The notes beneath the pieces were generated by a model that saw only the letters and a list, made by a program, of their open reading frames with translations, was not told where the DNA came from and did no database searches. Positions 35,914 to 36,548 of a DNA stretch of 36,548 nucleotides are shown here, piece by piece. Within the stretch, counting starts at the first letter, position 1. Each line of letters starts with the position of its first letter. The translations under genes and the position numbers were made by a program. The stretch lies in the sequence record SRR31156797_1225. One strand, given 5' to 3'.

Positions 35914-35947
35914 AAAAAAGCCCCAATTAAGATTCATGGGGCTTTTT
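35914..35947. terminator. Terminator downstream of ietAS
   Basis: aaaaagcccca-N11-tggggcttttt. Confidence 0.7.
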
Positions 35948-36083
35948 CATTTCTTGCCTCACTGGACATGTCTTTTAAAAGAAACAAACAAGGCTGCTTT
36001 AAACCACCTCTCGGTCGCCTTATTCATTTTATTTTGGAAAAGTACGCTTTATCAAGATGGACTCCCAAAAGACAAAGACCCCT

Positions 36084-36110
36084 AAAAAAATCACTCCTCC
36101 GCTCCCGCTT
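36084..36110. other. Candidate cos (packaging) site
   Basis: aaaaaaatcactcctccgctcccgc (minus strand GCGGGAGCGGAGGAGTGA), loosely P2-cos-like, between the tail genes and att as expected for HP1-type gene order. Confidence 0.35.
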
Positions 36111-36460
36111 TCGGCCTTTCTCGACCGATTTTTGGGCAAGTTGGAGGATACGCAAAACACCCCGGAAGATGTTACGACTGTAGGCGGTTCAAGGCATGCC
36201 CCCCTTTGCACGGTTTGCAAGAGGATGCAGCTCTGCGCCATATCTGAAAGAGGTAGACGCACTGACTATAAATCAGTGCGTCATAATGACAGTGCGGGAT
36301 TCTACATATTTTTGAAAACTGCCGACTTCTAAAGCAAGGGGAAAAGGCTCTATTAAAAACAGGTCCCATGGTTGCCGTTTAGCTCGCAAGCCGCTTGGAT
36401 TAAAACAGTATAAGACAGGGGAAATCTCTGTTGCACAAATAGGACCTTCCCAGACTCCCT

Positions 36461-36479
36461 GGGTCCTTATCGGGTCCCT
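36461..36479 (+). repeat. Candidate integrase arm-type site pair at attR
   Basis: GGGTCCTT (36461) and GGGTCCCT (36472), 11-bp spacing as at 143/154. Confidence 0.65.
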
Positions 36480-36518
36480 CCGCCTCGGAAACCCTTTATT
36501 TAAGCCATCCCCCAACTT

Positions 36519-36548
36519 ATTCGTAATCAGTAGGTCGTCGGTTCAACT
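36519..36548 (+). repeat. attR core: duplicated 3' part of tRNA-Thr(CGT)
   Basis: A-TTCGTAA-TCAGT-AGGTC-GTCGG-TTCAACT; upstream sequence lacks a tRNA D-arm/acceptor 5' half; last 10 nt equal positions 1-10. Confidence 0.85.

Larger units (their letters stand above)
1..36548. mobile_element. Complete P2-like (HP1/K139-type) prophage integrated at tRNA-Thr(CGT)
   Basis: int/xis at the left end, full head/tail/lysis/replication gene set, tRNA-derived sequence at both ends (cggttcaact at 1-10 and 36539-36548). Confidence 0.95.

Noticed and set aside
35968-36515. Several 65-91 aa ORFs at the right end
   Set aside because: Mutually overlapping, no convincing SD or motifs; region better explained as cos/att non-coding DNA
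36481-36548. Intact tRNA gene at the right end
   Set aside because: No D-arm or acceptor 5' strand upstream; only the att-duplicated 3' portion is present

Overview
The window is an apparently complete ~36.5 kb temperate P2-superfamily myovirus prophage with HP1/K139-type gene order. It is integrated in a tRNA-Thr(CGT) gene: the tRNA 3' end is at 1-26 and a duplicated anticodon-to-T-loop segment is at 36519-36548. The host is plausibly a Desulfovibrio-like deltaproteobacterium (inference only). Left to right: integrase/excisionase; a cI-cro-cII switch; a Zn-finger/TOPRIM/helicase replication protein with a downstream inverted-iteron origin; an accessory region (8.0-11.9 kb); ogr; portal/terminase/capsid; contractile-tail genes with an embedded lysis cassette and a -1 frameshifted tail chaperone; tail fibre and baseplate; an AT-rich ietAS-type (AAA ATPase + S8 protease) defence cassette; and a candidate cos next to attR. 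The accessory region is split by three copies of one terminator hairpin and carries hicAB, an uncharacterised two-membrane-protein operon, a BRCT protein and a 77-nt C4/CI-like antisense RNA module upstream of small helical proteins. All family assignments come from motif recognition and synteny, not database searches.
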